Assembly: GCF_009914755.1 (NCBI RefSeq)
Contig: NC_060926.1
Strand: one strand, 5' to 3'
DNA length: 64,000 nucleotides
Origin: the human T2T-CHM13v2.0 reference genome, Homo sapiens
The notes under the pieces are model-generated. The model was not told the DNA's origin and did no database searches. It worked only from the letters and a program-made list of their open reading frames with translations. This document shows positions 1 to 13,448 of the stretch, piece by piece; the first letter of the stretch is position 1, and each line of letters opens with the position of its first letter. The position numbers were made by a program, and so were the translations under genes.

Positions 1-2228
1 AGCTCCCACTTATGAGTGAGAACATGCAGTGTTTGGTTTTCTGTTCTTGTGTTAGTTTGCTGAGAATGATGGTTTCCAGCTTCATCCATGTCCCTGCAAA
101 GGACATGAACTCATCCTTTTTTATGGCTGGATAGTATTCCATGGTGTATATGTGCCACATTTTCTTGATCCAGTCTATCATTGATGGGCTTTTGGGTTGT
201 TTCCAAGTCTTGCTATTGTGAATAGTGCTGCAATAAACATACAGTGTAAAAGCATTCCTATTTCCCCACATCTTCTCCAGCATCTGTTGTTTCCTGACTT
301 TTTAATAATTGCCATTCTAACTGGCATGAGATGATATCTCACTGTGGTTTTGATTGGTATTTCTCTAATGGCCAGTGATGGTAAGCTTTTTTCTTCATAT
401 GTTTGTTGGCTGCATAAATGTCTTCTTTTGAGAACTGTCTGTTCATATCCTTTGCCCTCCTTTTGATGGGGTTGTTTGGTTTTTTTCTTGTAAATTTGTT
501 TAAGTTCCTTGTCAATTCTGGACATTAGCCGTTTGTCATATGTATCAATTGCAAAAATTTTCTCCCATTCTATAGGTTTCCTGTTCACTCTGATGATAGT
601 TTCTTTTGCTATGCAGTAGCTCTTTAGTTTAACTAGATCCCATTTGTCAATTTTGGCTTTTGTTGCAATTGCTTTTGATGTTTTAGTCATGAAGTCTTTG
701 CTCATGCCTATGTCCTGAATGGTATTGTCTAGGTTCTTTTCTAGAGTTTTTATGGTTTTAGGTCTTACATTTAGGTCTTTAATACATCTTGAGTTAATTT
801 TTGTATAATGTGTAAGGAAGGGGTCCAGTTTCAGTTTTCTGCATATGTCTAGCCTGTTTTCCCAACACCATTTATTAAATAGGGAATCCTTTCCCCATTT
901 CTTGTTTTTGTCAGGTTTGTCAAAGATCACATGGTTGTACATGTGTGGCGTTATTATTTCTGAGGCCTCTGTTCTGTTCCATTGGTCTATACATCTGTTT
1001 TGGTACAAGTACCATGCTATTTTGGTTACTGTAACCTCATAGTATAATTTGAAGTCAGGTAGCATGATGCCTCCAGCTTTGTTCTTTTTGCTTAGAATCA
1101 TCTTAGCTATATGGGCTCTTTTTTGGTTCCATATGAAATAAAGTAGTTTTTTCTAATTGTGTGAAGAAAGTCAATGGTACCTTGATGGGGATAGCATTGA
1201 ATCTATAAATTACTTTGGCCAGTATGGCCATTTTCATGCTATTGATTCTTCCTACCCATGAGCATTGAGTGTTTTTCTACTTGGTTTTGTCCTCTCTTAT
1301 TTCCTTGAGCAGTGGTTTGTAGTTCTCCTTGAAGAGATCCTTCACATCTCTTGTAGGTTGGATTCCTAGGTATTTTATTCTCTTTGTAGCAATTGTGAAA
1401 GGAGTTCACTCATGATTTGGCTCTCTGTCTATTGTTGGTGTATAGGAATGCTTGTGATTTTTGCACATTGATTTTGTAACCTGAGACTTTGCTGAAGTTG
1501 CTTATCAGTTTAATGAGATTTTGGGCTGAGACGATGCGGTTTTCTAAATATACAATCATGTCATCTGAAAACAGAGACAATTTGATTTCCTCTCTTCCTA
1601 TTTGAATACCCTTTATTTCTTTCTCTTGCCTGATTGCCCTGGCCAGTACTTCCAATACTATGTAGAATAGGAGTGGTGAGAGAGGGCATCCTTCTCTTGT
1701 GCTGGTTTTCAAAGGGAATGCTTCCAGGTTTTGCCCATTCAGTATGATATTGGCTGTGGATTTGTCATAAATAGCTCTTAATATTTTGAGATACATTCCA
1801 TCAATACCTAGTTTATTGAGAGTTTTTAGCATGAAGGGGTGTTGAATTTTATTGAAGGCCTTTTCTGCATCTATTGAGGTAATCATGTGGTTTTTGTCAT
1901 TGGATCTGTTTATGTGATGGATTAGGTTTACTGACTTATGTAGGTTGAACCAGCTTTGCATCCCAGGGATGAAGCTGACTTGATCATGGTGGATAAGCTT
2001 TTTGATGTGCTGCTGGATTCAGATTGCCAGTATTTTATTGAGGATTTTTGCATCAATGTTCATCAGGGATATTGGCCTGAAATTTTTTTTTCGTTGTGTC
2101 CCTGCCAGGCTTTGGTATCAGGATGATGCTGGCCTCATAAAATGAGTTATGGAGGAGTCCCTCTTTTTCTAATAGTTTCAGAAGGAATGGTACCAGCTCC
2201 TGTTTGTACCTCTGGTAGAATTCAGCTG
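1..2228 (-). mobile_element. 5'-truncated L1PA (L1PA7/8-like) LINE-1; broken ORF2 (RT and C-terminal part), continues beyond the left edge
   Basis: ORF track peptides match L1 ORF2 ([29 protein letters not shown]) and are split over several frames. The internal deletion near 242 (aataaacatac|agtgtaaaag) removes part of the C-terminus. L1 similarity stops at ...ggtagaattcagctg. Confidence 0.95.
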
Positions 2229-2594
2229 GTCCAGTGCAAGAATTATTATAACCACATCTCTGATAGATGGTTCTCCAGCCTCTTCCTAGTGCTAAAGAGT
2301 TAGACTCACAGAAAGGAATTGGCTCCACTATTTAAAATCTTTATATTAAAATAATATAAATAATATTTCTTTAACAAAATGTATGACTTACTATAAAAAC
2401 TAATTTGGTGCTAGCTCAGAATGGTATATCTTCCTGGTATTGGACTAAGTATCATGATATCCTGACTGCAGATGATTTTTGATGAAAATGAGTTAGGAGC
2501 GAAATGAAGTTTGACTTCATATTAGACATGGCCTGGGTGCTTTTCTTTACATTCACTTTTTAAATTGTATCATTACATCTATTCTGAAATTAAG

Positions 2595-2775
2595 TGTTTA
2601 CCTCATTTTTAGTGAAAGAACTGGATCTGAGATCTAAAGAAGACTTGCCTGGGGTCACATGGCTAGCACATTGCTTGGCACGTTCTCAGAGGTGAATAGG
2701 TCATTTTGAGTAGTTTAAGTGAGTGGCAGAATCTGGGCCTGCCTGTCATTGTACATTCTCACACTACACTGTAAT
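2595..2775 (-). mobile_element. MIR SINE
   Basis: MIR core-like cctcatttttagtgaaagaactggatctgaga...gacttgcctggggtcacatggctag. Confidence 0.65.
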
Positions 2776-2974
2776 CTCTACTTAGACAGACAAAAAGAGC
2801 ACTGGAGTGCTGGACATCAGAAGTCGTAATAATATAATCTATCTTTCATAATAATATGATCCATTTTAATTACTAGCCTGTTGCTGGGATCCTTATAAAC
2901 CCTAATGAGACAAATTTGGGGATAAATGATACTCAGGCCTCTTATGCTTAATTTTTTTTTTTTAATTTATCATT

Positions 2975-3415
2975 ATTTCTATCTCCAAAGGTCACATTTC
3001 CCAGAATTCCCTTCTTATATTGTTTTAGGTCAAAGCTTGCCAGTGAAAGGAGTGCAAGTAAGATGTGGAAGACAGAAGTGAGAAGCCTACATTTTTAGGC
3101 ATTTGCAGCACGTCATATGGGTAGACATGATGTCATTGAAATGTCTCAGGCTTCTTGGGACTATCCACTTAGCTATACACACCGAGATGTTTAGTGGAAA
3201 CTTTTCAAAGCCTTTTGAGAATTTCAGCAATTTCCCCATGAAACTTTTGAGAATTACTCAACATGAGTCTTCAGTAATGGTTTCTCCAAATCTCAGCTTG
3301 GCTTCCTAAGCTTCACTCAGCAATTTCCACATTGCTGCAATTCCTAACTTCCATATTGATCCCTTAATTCCCATAAAACATAGATTGGTTCTGTTTTTCT
3401 GAGTGAATCCTAACA
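2975..3415 (+). mobile_element. Old ERVL LTR (LTR33-like)
   Basis: acatttcccagaattcccttc near the start and ctgtttttctgagtgaatcctaac at the end resemble LTR33 motifs. Confidence 0.45.
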
Positions 3416-3499
3416 AAACCTTGTCCCCTATCTCTTACCTCTCCAGGACACAGAGCCAACTTTGTAAAACCTGGAGCCACCAGGAAATGAGCCCACTAA

Positions 3500-3927
3500 T
3501 GTGGACACTATTGGCTATTCTCCAATACCAGTTTTACCCTTATTCTTTGGTAAGAGAAGCTCTTTGCAAGTAAGGAGGCCCACATGAGTGATTTTTAAGT
3601 CAATGGAATGTAAGTGGAAGTGGTATAGGTAATTTTAGAAAATGTTCTTAGAAAAAGAGTTATTGCCTCTTCCTACTGGCTAGAAAATAATAATTATAAT
3701 TCCAGGAGCCATTCTGGTCCCTCATGGAATTTTGGTTATTGAAGACTCACACATTAAATCAGAAATCTGAAGAGACTGGACCCCTGATATTGTAAGCCAG
3801 GTCTTTAAAACTAGATGGCTAACTCTAGGCATTGACATGAGAGAGAATTAAAGTTCTATGTTATATAAGACATTGATGTTTTGAAATTGCTGTCACTTGC
3901 TGTCATAATTTGTACTAACCAAATACG
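3500..3927 (+). mobile_element. Old ERVL LTR (LTR16-like)
   Basis: Starts tgtgg. Ends gagagaattaaagttctatgttatataagacattg...ctaaccaaatac, typical of an LTR16 3' end. Confidence 0.55.
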
Positions 3928-4400
3928 ACAACCCTACCAGATATTTTAAAAACTATTAATGGGGTTAGAGGAAGAGAGAGAGGACTAAGTGGCGCTTGCA
4001 GGGAATGAGCAAGACTTTTATCAGCTGTGTCTTGTCCACTTGAAAACAAGAACATATTTTAACAATTGGCTATTCTAATTAAGAAGGAAGCCCAAGTCAT
4101 CCTAAAATGCATGGAGCAGAATGAGAATGACTGATAGACTTATCTTCCTCCTAAAACTAGTGTTTTGCTCCAACATATATTTACTTATAATTTAGTCCAC
4201 TATTTCCAGAAAATATTTTTAAGAAGCTTAGTGACATATATACAAGATAAAAAATGAGGACATTAGAAAATAAGATAAGATTGAGAAATAATATGCAAAA
4301 TGCCTAGTATGAGCTGTGATCTGTATTTCACTATATTCCCGCGACCAATAAGTTGTTCAATAAATATGTTTAATAAATATGTAAATTCTGAGTAGACATT

Positions 4401-5042
4401 TGTGGATTTTACCTGTCCAGCTGCCTTATATCCCCTATTTTTTTTAAACAAGCACTTCTTGTCTTTAAGTAAACCCCTTCTCACATAGTTTAAGTAGGGG
4501 CTGACCACACCTCTGGCTCCTGGGTAGGCTTCTGATATAATCCCTGACAGCTAGAGTGCTACCTGGGGCTTTTGCTGGAGGTATGCAGAAAGAGGTATTC
4601 TCTCACCCCACCACAACCCTCAGAGTTGTTGAGCTGGTAGAATAGGAGCCTGCTCTGGGGCCTTTACATTTGAATATGAATGTGATCCTGTTTGAAGCTA
4701 TTTAAATACCTGGACTTCTCAGTTATCTAAACCCGTGGCTGTCAGCTGACCACAATTTCATCCCCCAAGGGACATTTGGTAACGTCTGGAGCCATTTTTG
4801 GTTGTCACAACTGGGGGAATGGTACTATTGGCATCCACTCAGTAGAGTCCAGGGATGCTCCTAAACATTCTAAAATGCTCAGGATGGCCTCTTACCCCTC
4901 TAACAAAGAATCATCAAGCCTAAAATGTTGATAATGTTAAGGTTGCTTTCTGAGCCTTTCTGCACCAATCTATCTCCCTTTTTCTTCAAGTCAGTTTGAG
5001 TTGGATTTCTATCACTTGCAACCAAGGATCTTGACTACTATG
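4401..5042 (+). mobile_element. LTR16-like ERVL LTR interrupted by MER20
   Basis: tgtggattttacctgtccagc...ggggctgaccacacctctggctcc. Resumes after MER20 with tcaagtcagtttgagttggatttctatcacttgcaacc. Confidence 0.6.
4733..4945 (+). mobile_element. MER20 hAT-Charlie DNA transposon
   Basis: gggacatttggtaacgtctggagccatttttggttgtcacaactggggg...ggatgctcctaaacattctaaaatgc matches the MER20 consensus. Confidence 0.85.
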
Positions 5043-5303
5043 GAGTGGATCGAAAATTGGATTCTTACTTCTTAGTAGCCAGAATAAAGCACACAATAGA
5101 ATGAGCTAGTTTCTCAGGAGGTGCTAGCTATCCTAAGCAGCAATACTTAAAATGAATGTCACCCATGAATCCTCATAAAGGAAATAGAAATCTAGTTTTT
5201 GTAATTATATTCTGACCTTCTTGGAACTGACTAACACTAATAATAGTCTGTAAAGAAATATCACACCTTGCCAGTCATCAAGACCTTATTTCAATATGTT
5301 CAT

Positions 5304-5441
5304 GGAGCCACCGTGTGCTGTTGTATAGTTTGTACACTACACAAAGGTGCACTTCCAGGAGACTCTTTCCTGATTTGCCTGCCCAGAGGGAGTGTCTTTT
5401 CTTATTTGCATAAAGACATCTTACAAGCTAGCGGTAGCTCT
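5304..5441 (+). mobile_element. MER91-like hAT-Tip100 element
   Basis: gttgtatagtttgtacactacacaaagg ... aagctagcggtagctct resemble the MER91 termini. Confidence 0.55.
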
Positions 5442-6341
5442 ATGTGTTCACATGCATAATTCTAAAAGAAGCAGAAATGGTTCTGATCTGTAGTCATTCT
5501 AAGGCCATCACCTTTAACTTGTTTCAGATGAACCTCTTAGAATAAGGTTCGCTCTATCCAGAGGGGTAAGAACTGCCACTGCAGAGATTAACAAATGAGT
5601 GTGTGCCTCAATTGTCATGTGGTAACACGTACAGTATGTTGCTCAGAAGCAAGTGATGGCATGGGGATCTTTTTCCATAGCACTCAAAATGCAAATTTTT
5701 CTTCTGTTTTCTGTTAGTAAGAGCTCTTATGTAGGGAAGTATTTTTGTGCAAAAAGACTGTCACTTTCCAGCAGGAAAGTCTTGAAGTTCTTTCCCTTCT
5801 TGTGTCATAAAATTGATATAACTCCAGAAGACTGAATGATCACTGGATCAAACAAAGCATTTTGGATCAGATTAGGTCTATGTCAGATAATGTATTTGAG
5901 CACTTATTTAAGGGTGGGAGAATGAAATAAACGTTAACAAATTTTACCAGTTTCTCCAAAAATTCTATAGATGGTTCTCATTGGAAAGTACTTACAGACT
6001 TTGCAGAGAACAAATATTCAGTGACAGCACTCCATTGCTTTAACTGTAAAAAGAGTTACAGGGTCTAAGATAAAAAGTAAATTAATATTATAGCCTTGTG
6101 AATTTATGAATATTGACTTGATTTCGTAATATTTAAAAACATCACCAAGAATCCAAAAATTAATTTCTTAGAAGGATCAGTGTGTTTAGATAAAATGATA
6201 TTTAATGAACTTACAACAGTTTTAGAATCCAAAAGTTCAGATTCAATTTTCATTTATGTCAGCTGTATAGATATTTGATTACAATTGCAAGTCATATGAT
6301 TGCAATTGAATTAAGGTCAAAACTCTATCTTAAACTAGATG

Positions 6342-6728
6342 TTTTGGTCAGGATAGACTAGATTATAATACAGTTACAAAATAGTCCCAGAATCTCAGTG
6401 GCAAAAACATTTTTTTGCTCTCTGTAGATGTGCAATAAAGGTTGGTATGACGTCGAGGAGCCCAGGGTCATTGAGGCTTTGCCATTTTGTACCTATTAGA
6501 ACACATGAGCTCAGAGGGTGCTGGAACAGGGGGAAAAGAAAGCCAGAGTGTCCCCAAAGGACTTTCATGGTCAAGCCTGGGAAGTGGCATGCATGAAGTC
6601 CACCCACGTACCATTGGCCACACTCAGTCATACAGTCTCAGTTTCAGGGGAGGTTTAGGAAATGTGGTCTTCCCCCGTGCTCAAGACAAAAGGAAAGGCC
6701 AGGAGCACCCAGTATTGTCTCTGCCACA
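6342..6728 (-). mobile_element. MaLR LTR (MLT1K/L-like)
   Basis: gtcaggatagactagattataatacagttacaaaatagtcccagaatctcagtggc...ctgccaca. Confidence 0.7.
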
Positions 6729-7696
6729 TTGGCAGAGTGAAAACATAGAGACTTTGCAGTTACATTAGTCTGAGTTTATTTCCTTTGATATTTACTAACC
6801 ATGAAATCTCCCAAAGTTTTAGTTTTCTCACATCAAATGGTAGGTCTTATTATATTAATATTTGAATTACTTTGGTGACTTTCATCTTGACCAAAATATT
6901 ATCTTTAATTTTTAATTGTTTAATATTTTGTAGCAATACGTTGTTATTACTGATAATATTTAAGCTCAATGACTTTTCATTCAGTCTCATCTAGTTCTAG
7001 GTATCTGTGCAAGAAAACTAATATGTAATCAATGAGAACACAATGAAGGAAAACCTTAGTTAAGACACTAACTTGAATCAACTCAAGAGTTGTCAATCTA
7101 GCTAAAGGAGATGAGTTTTCTCTTTACCCCGGCTAATTATACAGCCTAAATTGTGCACAGATAGAACAGACTGTATTTGAGCAAATAGTTAAGTGTTTTT
7201 CTAACAGCATATACTGTATATAAATAATAAGCACCCCATCCACAAAACTCAGCAAAGCATTTTATATGATACTTAATATTCATTGTATCTATGTGTGTAT
7301 GTGATTCTAAAGAAATAAACAATGCTAATAATATATATGATATTGTGTATGTATGCATATATATACAGATATAAGTACATACATACTTACATATAAATGT
7401 ATACAATAGCTAAAAGTAGCTGGATTGAACTATATAGTACCTGAAACCTCTTCCATACCTAAAATTTGGCAAAACTGTTCTATGACATTGGTTCTTAAAA
7501 TTTTTCTGACTTAAGAAAACGTATATCTCAACATATATCATTTTGCATTATTTAAGATGAACATTAAAGGAAGGTAAGAGTCTGAATTAGATTGCTCAAG
7601 AAGTGATGACAGCACATAATATTTAAAAAATGCTGACCCTCATATTTTACAGCTATTTTGATGTCATGTGTACATTTTGATTTACAAACTTATTCA

Positions 7697-8052
7697 CTAG
7701 TGCTGCTTAGAAATATCTCCAGTTCCCCATGCTTTCTGGGTAGGATTGTACTTGTTAGCCCCTGTGTGGTGGAACAGGCCACATGACCAGTGGCTGTGAG
7801 CTGTGAGGAGCCATGTGTGCCACTCTGGACCAGGACCTTTCATCGAGAGTGCCAGACCCTGCAAAAGCTCTTTTTCCCTCAAACACAGGGAACAGCCAGA
7901 TTCTAGCTGGTGGCTGCTCTACATTTCTGGCCCTTGAGTTACTGCAATCAGTGGACATGTAGCTTGAGTGGCAAATAAACCATTTCTGTTTCGAGCCACC
8001 GAAATTTGGGGATGGGTTACCATGGCAGCATAAGCAGCTTATCCTGTATAAT
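7697..8052 (+). mobile_element. MaLR LTR (MLT1I/J-like)
   Basis: 3' end aaataaaccatttctgtttcgagccaccgaaatttggggatgggttaccatggcagcataagcagcttatcctg. Confidence 0.7.
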
Positions 8053-8311
8053 ATGGGATCTTGTGCCTGTCTTGCCCCTCGGTGGACCACCAATCCTCGT
8101 TCCATCCCTGACCTTAGTCTCATCACTGATTCCATGAATAGGGAAATGTTTAGTGGTACGGTGGAGGCCAAAATAAAGTGGGCCTGCAGCTTGGGCAAGA
8201 AATCCTATTTTACATTACTTAATGCTTTTGTATTTCTATATTAATATATTCATATTTCTTAACGTATTTCAACACTACTTAATATTTTAAAAGCTAAAGA
8301 TTTTAAGATTA

Positions 8312-8772
8312 TTATTAAGTAAAAAAACCAATCTGAAAAGGCTACATAGTGTATGATTTCAACTATATGATATTCAGGAGAAGGTAAAATTATGGAGACA
8401 GTAAAAAGACCAGCGGTGGCCAGGGGGGTGAAGAAAAAGGGCTGAATGGGCAGAGCGCACAGGATCTCTAGGGCAGTGAAACTGTTCTGTATGATACTAT
8501 AATGATGGGAACATGTCATTATGCATTTCTCAAAACCTGTAGAATGTACACAGTTTACATTAGTGTTCACTTAATATACATTGGGTGATGATGATGTGTC
8601 AGGATCTATTACTAGAACAATTGTACCACTCTGGTGCATGGTGTTGATAGTTAGGGAGGCTCTGCATATGGGAGGCAAGTGGTATGTAGGAAATCTCTGT
8701 ACCTTCCACCCCAATTTTGCTGTGAATCTAAAACTGCTCTTAAAAAAATAAAGCCTATTGTTGAAAAAAAAA
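8312..8772 (+). mobile_element. L1MC (L1MC1-like) 3' UTR
   Basis: aatctgaaaaggctacatagtgtatgatttcaactatatg...caattttgctgtgaatctaaaactgctcttaaaaaaataaag. Confidence 0.8.
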
Positions 8773-8886
8773 TAAGGATTTATTTTTAGGTTACCAAAAG
8801 ATTACAAAAGTCATCTGAGCATATAGCTCATCCTTCCTGCCAGTCTTAATCTCTTAGGAAAAAAATATCTAGTTATATATAACTAG

Positions 8887-8921
8887 TGTGTGTGTATGTG
8901 AGTGTGTGTGTGTATGTGTGT
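8887..8921. repeat. Imperfect (TG)n microsatellite
   Basis: Visible directly. Confidence 0.85.
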
Positions 8922-9479
8922 CAGTATGGAAAATATGCTTGACAGTTTAAAATTCTAGTAAGATTATATAAACAAACAACCACCTATCCCCTGCCACCCA
9001 CACTCATACATATTTGCACACATTAGTGTTGAAAAACAAGACAAGTATCTTCCTTGAACTAGAAAACCATGAGCAGTTCTGGAATGAGAGGAGATAACTG
9101 GTGTCAGATTGAAAATAATCCCACAGGTTTTCGTATAGTTAAAGACTTTAAATATAGGTAACAGCATGCCTAAGGGTGCTATCAACTTAGAGGTGACATA
9201 TATGGTGAAGAAAAGGAGCTGCCAGAGTGATATTGGGATGATTTATTGGGATGTCATGATAAGACCAGCCAAGTGAATATCTTTCTGTACTTTCAAAAAG
9301 AAATGGTAGCAATTTGGAACAGAAACTGTAGGAGTTTAGGCTGAAGAAGTTTTGTGCCTGGAGTGGCGAAAATACGGATCATTCATATCCTAGAGATAAG
9401 TATCTGGCAAACCCCACCTAATAGTAGAACTACCTTTTCCCTAAAAAGAAAAAATCATTAAAAGCAGACTTTGGTAACA

Positions 9480-10400
9480 TTTACAGTATTCAAACACAGG
9501 CCAACAGGGAATCTCAGGTACAAATATTGTCATACAAGCGAAAATCATCGAGTATTTGCGGGAAAAACTACCAAGATAATCAGTATCTGATTCAAAAGTA
9601 GAAGTGCTAATACCTGATAAACAAAGCTAATGAACAAAGAGAGAAAAATAAGTTTAAATAACTGTAACAAATATAAAAACACAAGAACAATAGCAACAAT
9701 GAAAAACTCAGCTAGAAATTGTAGAAATTAAAAAAAACATGACTTCAAAAAAACAAAATCTCAATACACAGCAGCATTGATACAACCAAATTTATGGAGC
9801 TCAAAGATTAATCTAACGAGTTCTCCCAGAATATAGCCAAAAAAAGGGCACTGAAATTATAAATGTAAAAGAAAAAATTAAAACTTAGGAGATAAATCTG
9901 GAAGTCCTAATGTCCTTTGGTTAGGAGTTGCAGAAAGAAAGAAAAGAGAAAATGTAGTAAGCACTAAAAATAATTAGAAAACTGAACATTTGAACAAAAC
10001 ACAAGTTTTCAGAGCATAGGGGTCCAAGTGCTAAAGTGAATGAATGGAAAAGATCCACAACTAGACATATACAAAACAGCAATAATAAAGATAAAATGGT
10101 AAAACCACCTTGAAAGGAAAATAAAAATTATCTGCAAAACAAACGAAAATAAGGCTGGAAACAATTCCCAACTACAAAACTGAATATAATAAAGCATTAT
10201 TGCTATAGAATCATGGTTCTTAGGAAAAATGCAGTACATAGACAAGCAATCACTGACATGTGAAGAAAAAGTAAAATATTTTTATACTTCAAGGATTCAG
10301 GCCATTTTGAAGGAATTACTTGAGAATATAGAGAATATACTACAGCACAATAAAAACTAAACTGGAGAGGAAATTTTGGATTACAGAAACAAAGGAAACA
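9480..10400 (+). mobile_element. Highly decayed L1 ORF1-like / HAL1 fragment
   Basis: A-rich, with motifs such as ggagataaatctggaagtcctaatgtc...aggagttgcagaaagaaag typical of old L1/HAL1 ORF1 regions. Confidence 0.5.
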
Positions 10401-11226
10401 GTGATGTGCAATTTAAATACATTTCAATAAATTCATTTCAATAACAAAACTGTTATAATAATATATAATTAAAATCCTAGACTATATTAACTCAGTGTTT
10501 GGACAGCTTGAGTGGGGTAGAGTAGGTAAGAAGAGAGAAGGGAAATGAGCACATGCTCTTTCTTGTTTTGTCGAAGAAAATGATTTGAAGTTATGCTAAT
10601 ATTGAGTAATATTAAGAAATACTGAAATATAATTTAACTGAAAGTCTAAAAAATTTAACAATAATTACTGGGATGTATGATTGAGAAAATTCAATTAATA
10701 AAATAAAATGCTGAAAATTAATTAAAAAATTAATAAAAATGCTAAACATGGGTGAGGAGATGTCAACTGTTTATCACTGGTTTCTTCTGTCCACAATTTT
10801 TCCTCTTTTGTTCATTCAGAATTTGATTTAACTTACCAAAAAATTTTACCTCTGCAGCTCAGGTATCTCAAGGTGCCACCCAGACCAGATCATTCTCAAG
10901 CCTAATTATTTTCTTCTAGCCTTCCTAGCTTAGTTTTCCTGTTTGCCCACACTGTTTCACCAACTGTTATCCCTGATCTTTGAGTGAAATTCCAGTTTCC
11001 TTTCTGTGCCTCCCTCAAACTTTTGTCAGATCCCAGGTGTCCAGGCTGCTCTGGAAACTTTTGTTTCTCTTTTTTTCAAATTTTGGTGAATGTTTGGATC
11101 CATGGGTCACTCTTCTTAGACTTTTGATAGTGTTACCTTTGAAAACCATCAAGGGTTAAAAAATGACACGTCCTTACTGAAAATTTGATTACTAAATATT
11201 GAGTTTACAGGCTTGATACAATAATA

Positions 11227-11569
11227 CAATCATAAGCCACATAATAATGCTTTGGTCAACAATGAACCACATAAAAATGGTTCCATAAGATTTTAATACC
11301 ATACATTTACTGTACTTTTTCTATGTTGAGATATGTTTAGATACACAAATACTTACCATTGTGTTACAATTGCCTACAGTATTCAGTACAATAAGACGCT
11401 GTAAAGATTAGTAACCTTGGTGTGATATGCTAGACCATAAAGCCAAGGTGTGTCGTAGGCTATACCATCTAGGTTTGTGTGAGTACACTCAATAATGTTG
11501 GCACAATGATGAAATTACCTAATGAGCTTCTCTCAAAATGTATCCCCATTGTTAAGCAACACATGAATC
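11227..11569 (-). mobile_element. Tigger3a (MER7A) TcMar-Tigger element
   Basis: agatacacaaatacttaccattgtgttacaattgcctacagtattcagtac and ataccatctaggtttgtgtgagtacactc. Degenerate TIRs flanked by TA. Confidence 0.9.
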
Positions 11570-12289
11570 TATTAAAGTATAAGAAAAATAATGAGAATAA
11601 TAAAATTATAGAATTTTAAGTCTCAATATTTTGCAACCTGATAGAAATATAAACAACATATTGGGGCAGGTGGCTTCAAGAAAAGGAACCTAAAATAATG
11701 GGCCCTAAATCAGTCTGTAGAAAGGAGGATACTTTGATCTTCCCATATAGGTTTTCTTAATTATCAATGCCAGGAACACTTACATCTTTATTTTTTATTT
11801 AAAATTGTCTCATTACTATCCTGATTCCTTGTTCCTAATCTGAAGCCTGATTTTAAAATTTAATTTAAACATGAGCAACAACACAGGGTGTCTTCATCAG
11901 TATTGAGCAATTTCCAGAACCATGTGGCTTTTCCTGAAGGCTTGTGGAGATAATCTTTGCTTAAGTTGGGGGTGTATGAATAGGAGATAGGCAATATCCT
12001 GGATTCGTGAGAGCTGCTCATATTTCTCTGTTGCTAATATATGCCAAACTGCAGCTTGAGACTAAAGTGCTGCATGCAGCTGTCACTATTAACAAATAAT
12101 GAAAAATTATTTCTTAGTAGTGGCTACTTAAATAGTATTAATGTCAAAGAAACATAAATGAATTTTGAAAATTGTATAATATTCAGAAAATTATGCTAGA
12201 TATCTGCAAAGGTCATAGGTTTATAAGACAGATTACACAAAGATTATATTTAAATTAATTGATGGAAAGAAATATACACAAAAGGTCTA

Positions 12290-13235
12290 TTTCACCAGCT
12301 ATATAACCACTGTTGCCCACACTGTCCCACACACAAAAGGACTAAGACAAGTAATTTTCACAGGTGAATCTAACCAAATACTTTAATAGAGAACTTCAAT
12401 ACTACTTAAGTTGTGTAGGGCTTAGGAAAAGATAAAAAATGAATATTACAAATTTTTGAATAAAATTTTAAGTATAATTAAATAAACACAAAGGTATACC
12501 TGAAAACTTAAATGCAAACTAGTTGCATTTTAAAACTAATTTTACTTATAGATTAAATTTTTCTTTACTTATACTTTAAAATTTTTTATTTTTACTTACA
12601 CATTAATTTTTTTAAATTTATTTTCGTGGGTACATAGTAGGTGTGTGCTAATACTAATTTTAGTTATACATTCAATTTTTTTATTTTTAATTTTTGCGGG
12701 GACCTAGTAGGTGTATGCTAATGCTAATACTAACTTACTTATACATTAAATGTTTTAATTTTTAATTTTTCTGGGTACATTATAGGTGTATATATTTATG
12801 GGTTACATGAGATATTTTGATACAAGTATGCAATGGGTAATAATCACATCAGGGTAAATGGGGATATTCATCACCTAAAGCATTTATTCTTTGTATTATA
12901 AACAATCCAACTATGATATTTTAGTTATTTTTAAATGTACAATTAAGCTATTTCTCACTATAGTCCCCCTGTTGTGCTAGCAAATACTAGCTCTTATTCG
13001 TTCTTTTAAATTATTTTCTTTTACCCCAGGTACTAATAAATATTGAAACAAAAATACTAAATAAAATATTAGCAAGTAGATTCCAACCTAATATGAAAAA
13101 GATAGTACATCACTACCTAATGGATATTTATATGTTAAGAAAATTATTAATATAACTTACTATATTAAGACCTCAAAGAGAAAATCCATGATTATCTTCA
13201 TAGATACCTAAAAGCAATTTATAAAATTAAATGGC
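12290..13235 (+). mobile_element. Old L1M(E) ORF2 fragment, interrupted by L1MA
   Basis: Decayed ORF2 motifs (aaaatactaaataaaatattagcaagtagattcca; catgattatcttcatagatacctaaaagcaatt). Confidence 0.55.
12750..13028 (-). mobile_element. L1MA2-like 3' end
   Basis: gggtacattataggtgtatatatttatgggttacatgagatattttgatacaagtatgcaatgggtaataatcacatc. Confidence 0.8.
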
Positions 13236-13448
13236 CAAATCCTCCAACAAAATCCTAGCAAACTGAATTTAGCAACATGTGAAAAAGGATTATACATTTT
13301 GACCAAGAGTGATTTATCCCAGGAATGCAAGATTGGTTTGACATCAATCAATATAATTCACCATTTTAATAGAATGACAGAAAAAAAAAAACCTCAAAAA
13401 CAAAACAAAAGCCATGATCATCTCAATGGCTGTAAAAAGTGCATTTGA

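Noticed and set aside
178-2328. Long ORFs (307, 183 and 91 aa) with reverse transcriptase motifs
   Set aside because: Frameshifted, deleted and 5'-truncated L1 ORF2; not a functional gene or a novel RT system.
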